Shown here one piece after another: positions 63,061 to 64,000 of a stretch of 64,000 nucleotides of DNA. Location of the stretch: assembly GCF_000143415.4 (NCBI RefSeq), contig NW_003314264.1, positions 3,833,229-3,897,228 of the forward strand. Direction: 5' to 3'. The position numbers and the translations under genes are program-made. Position 1 is the stretch's first letter. Every line of letters begins with the position of its first letter. This DNA is from Selaginella moellendorffii (Eukaryota; Plantae; Lycopodiophyta). Under the pieces are notes generated by a model. The model saw only the letters and a program-made list of their open reading frames with translations, was not told the DNA's origin and searched no databases.

Positions 63061-63547
63061 CTGATGAACTCTTTATTATTTTGGTTGTGCTTTCGGGGAT
63101 CCTTTAGCCTTTGACACCTCAGGGAGTTGGTTCCTTACAACTACACCACCCATAGAAAAAGTTCAATACCCACATCGAATACCTCTTATTAATTTTATGA
63201 TTTGTTGACCATATCTCCGGGGGTATCCCCCCACTTAACAGTGTGCCTAAGTTAGCCTCCCCGGGCAAGAGCCCATGACAACAGAATATAGGTGTCCTTA
63301 TACTAGTATGGGGTTGGGATTTAATTGAGGAGGAAATATCTAACAACAGTTGCAAAGGCACTTAACAAAAGCACTAACTTCCACCTAACAAATCAAATTG
63401 TCAAAAACAATAATAACATATTCATTGCCAACAACCGACCATGGAAAAGGTCTCATAAGATCAAATGCCACCAATTCAAATGGATGGGAAACTGCAATTG
63501 ACTCCAACCGTCCTTCTGCTACACAAGGGAAAGTATTACAATCCTAG

Positions 63548-64000
63548 TGTGAGACACAAAATCCCTAGGCCCCAAAGTGGAGCTGGAAGGGCGCCACATG
63601 GTAGTGGCCGAAGCGAGAGCCAAACGAGCGTAACACGTTTGGACTAAAAGCTCCGACTTGAAAAGTCAAGAGCGGGAGTGGAACTCCCAACGAAGTGCTC
63701 GAGGAACGAGCACGAAGCGAGCAAAAGGCGAGGCTCCAAAAAGGGACCCAAAAGGACCAACACATGACACGTGGGAGTGTCCGAGATGGACTCGAGTTGG
63801 AGTCCGAAGTGGAGTCCGAGATGGACCCGAGTTGGAGTCCGAAGTGGAGTCCGAGATGGACCCGAGTTGGAGTCCGAAGTGGAGTTCGAGATGGACCCGA
63901 GTTGGAGTCCGAAGTGGAGTCCGAGATGGACCCGAGTTGGAGTCCGAAGTGGAGTCTGAGATGGACCCGAGATGGAGTCCGAGAAGGAGTCCGAAGTGGA
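63548..64000 (+). mobile_element. LTR family A copy running off the window end
   Basis: Starts TGTGAGACACAAAATCCCTAGG. Its array has expanded into a 35-bp unit (GAGATGGACCCGAGTTGGAGTCCGAAGTGGAGTCC). Confidence 0.88.

Larger units (their letters stand above)
53691..63322 (-). mobile_element. Decayed Ty3/Gypsy chromovirus with nested insertions in its 5' LTR
   Basis: On the minus strand: gag (~58640-57800), protease (ILINTGA), RT (YGAPVLF, KYPLPRIEDLFD, YIEDILIY), RNase H (VEMDALD, EKEL), integrase remnants, chromodomain (YEVKAIL..FHVKWKGF). PBS-like TAGTATCGGAGCC at 58955-58967. LTR homology: 53691-54160 matches 59221-59484 plus 62536-62580 plus 63217-63322. Confidence 0.9.

Noticed and set aside
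63780-64000. CRISPR-like array of 35-bp repeats (also 36696-36837)
   Set aside because: The repeats are head-to-tail with no unique spacers, there are no cas genes, and the context is eukaryotic.

Overview
Eukaryotic land-plant nuclear DNA, most likely a Selaginella-type lycophyte. This is inferred from the very compact genes, introns mostly ~45-70 bp, an HIP-class aquaporin and a PLS-class PPR gene. A dense island of 19 protein-coding genes (~7.5-50.8 kb) contains, in order: PPR-PLS/E, eIF3f, JASON-like, RPL12, TBL, DUF863, VAR3/OZ zinc finger, CBBY-like HAD, HIP aquaporin, TOUGH, a CCHC/GRF zinc-finger protein, a CIB-like EF-hand protein, a phytoglobin, a small unknown protein, NPH3/NRL, MYBBP1A/Pol5, CLASP, CAD and MRG. 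Nested retrotransposon blocks flank the island. The left block (1-6.2 kb) holds solo LTRs with TSDs, a TRIM fragment and an intact 5S-bearing Cassandra TRIM with identical LTRs. The right block (53.7-64 kb) holds a decayed chromodomain Ty3/Gypsy element whose 5' LTR hosts nested insertions. The most notable leads are a phytoglobin with two extra 5' exons encoding a plastid-transit-peptide-like extension, an animal-CIB-like calcium sensor, a VAR3/OZ protein with a very large acidic/RGG tail (plus a decayed duplicate of its 3' end), and a very young Cassandra insertion. I see no evidence that the genes form one functional cluster. Gene spans run start to stop including introns; splice models were read by eye and family assignments rest on recalled motifs, not database searches.
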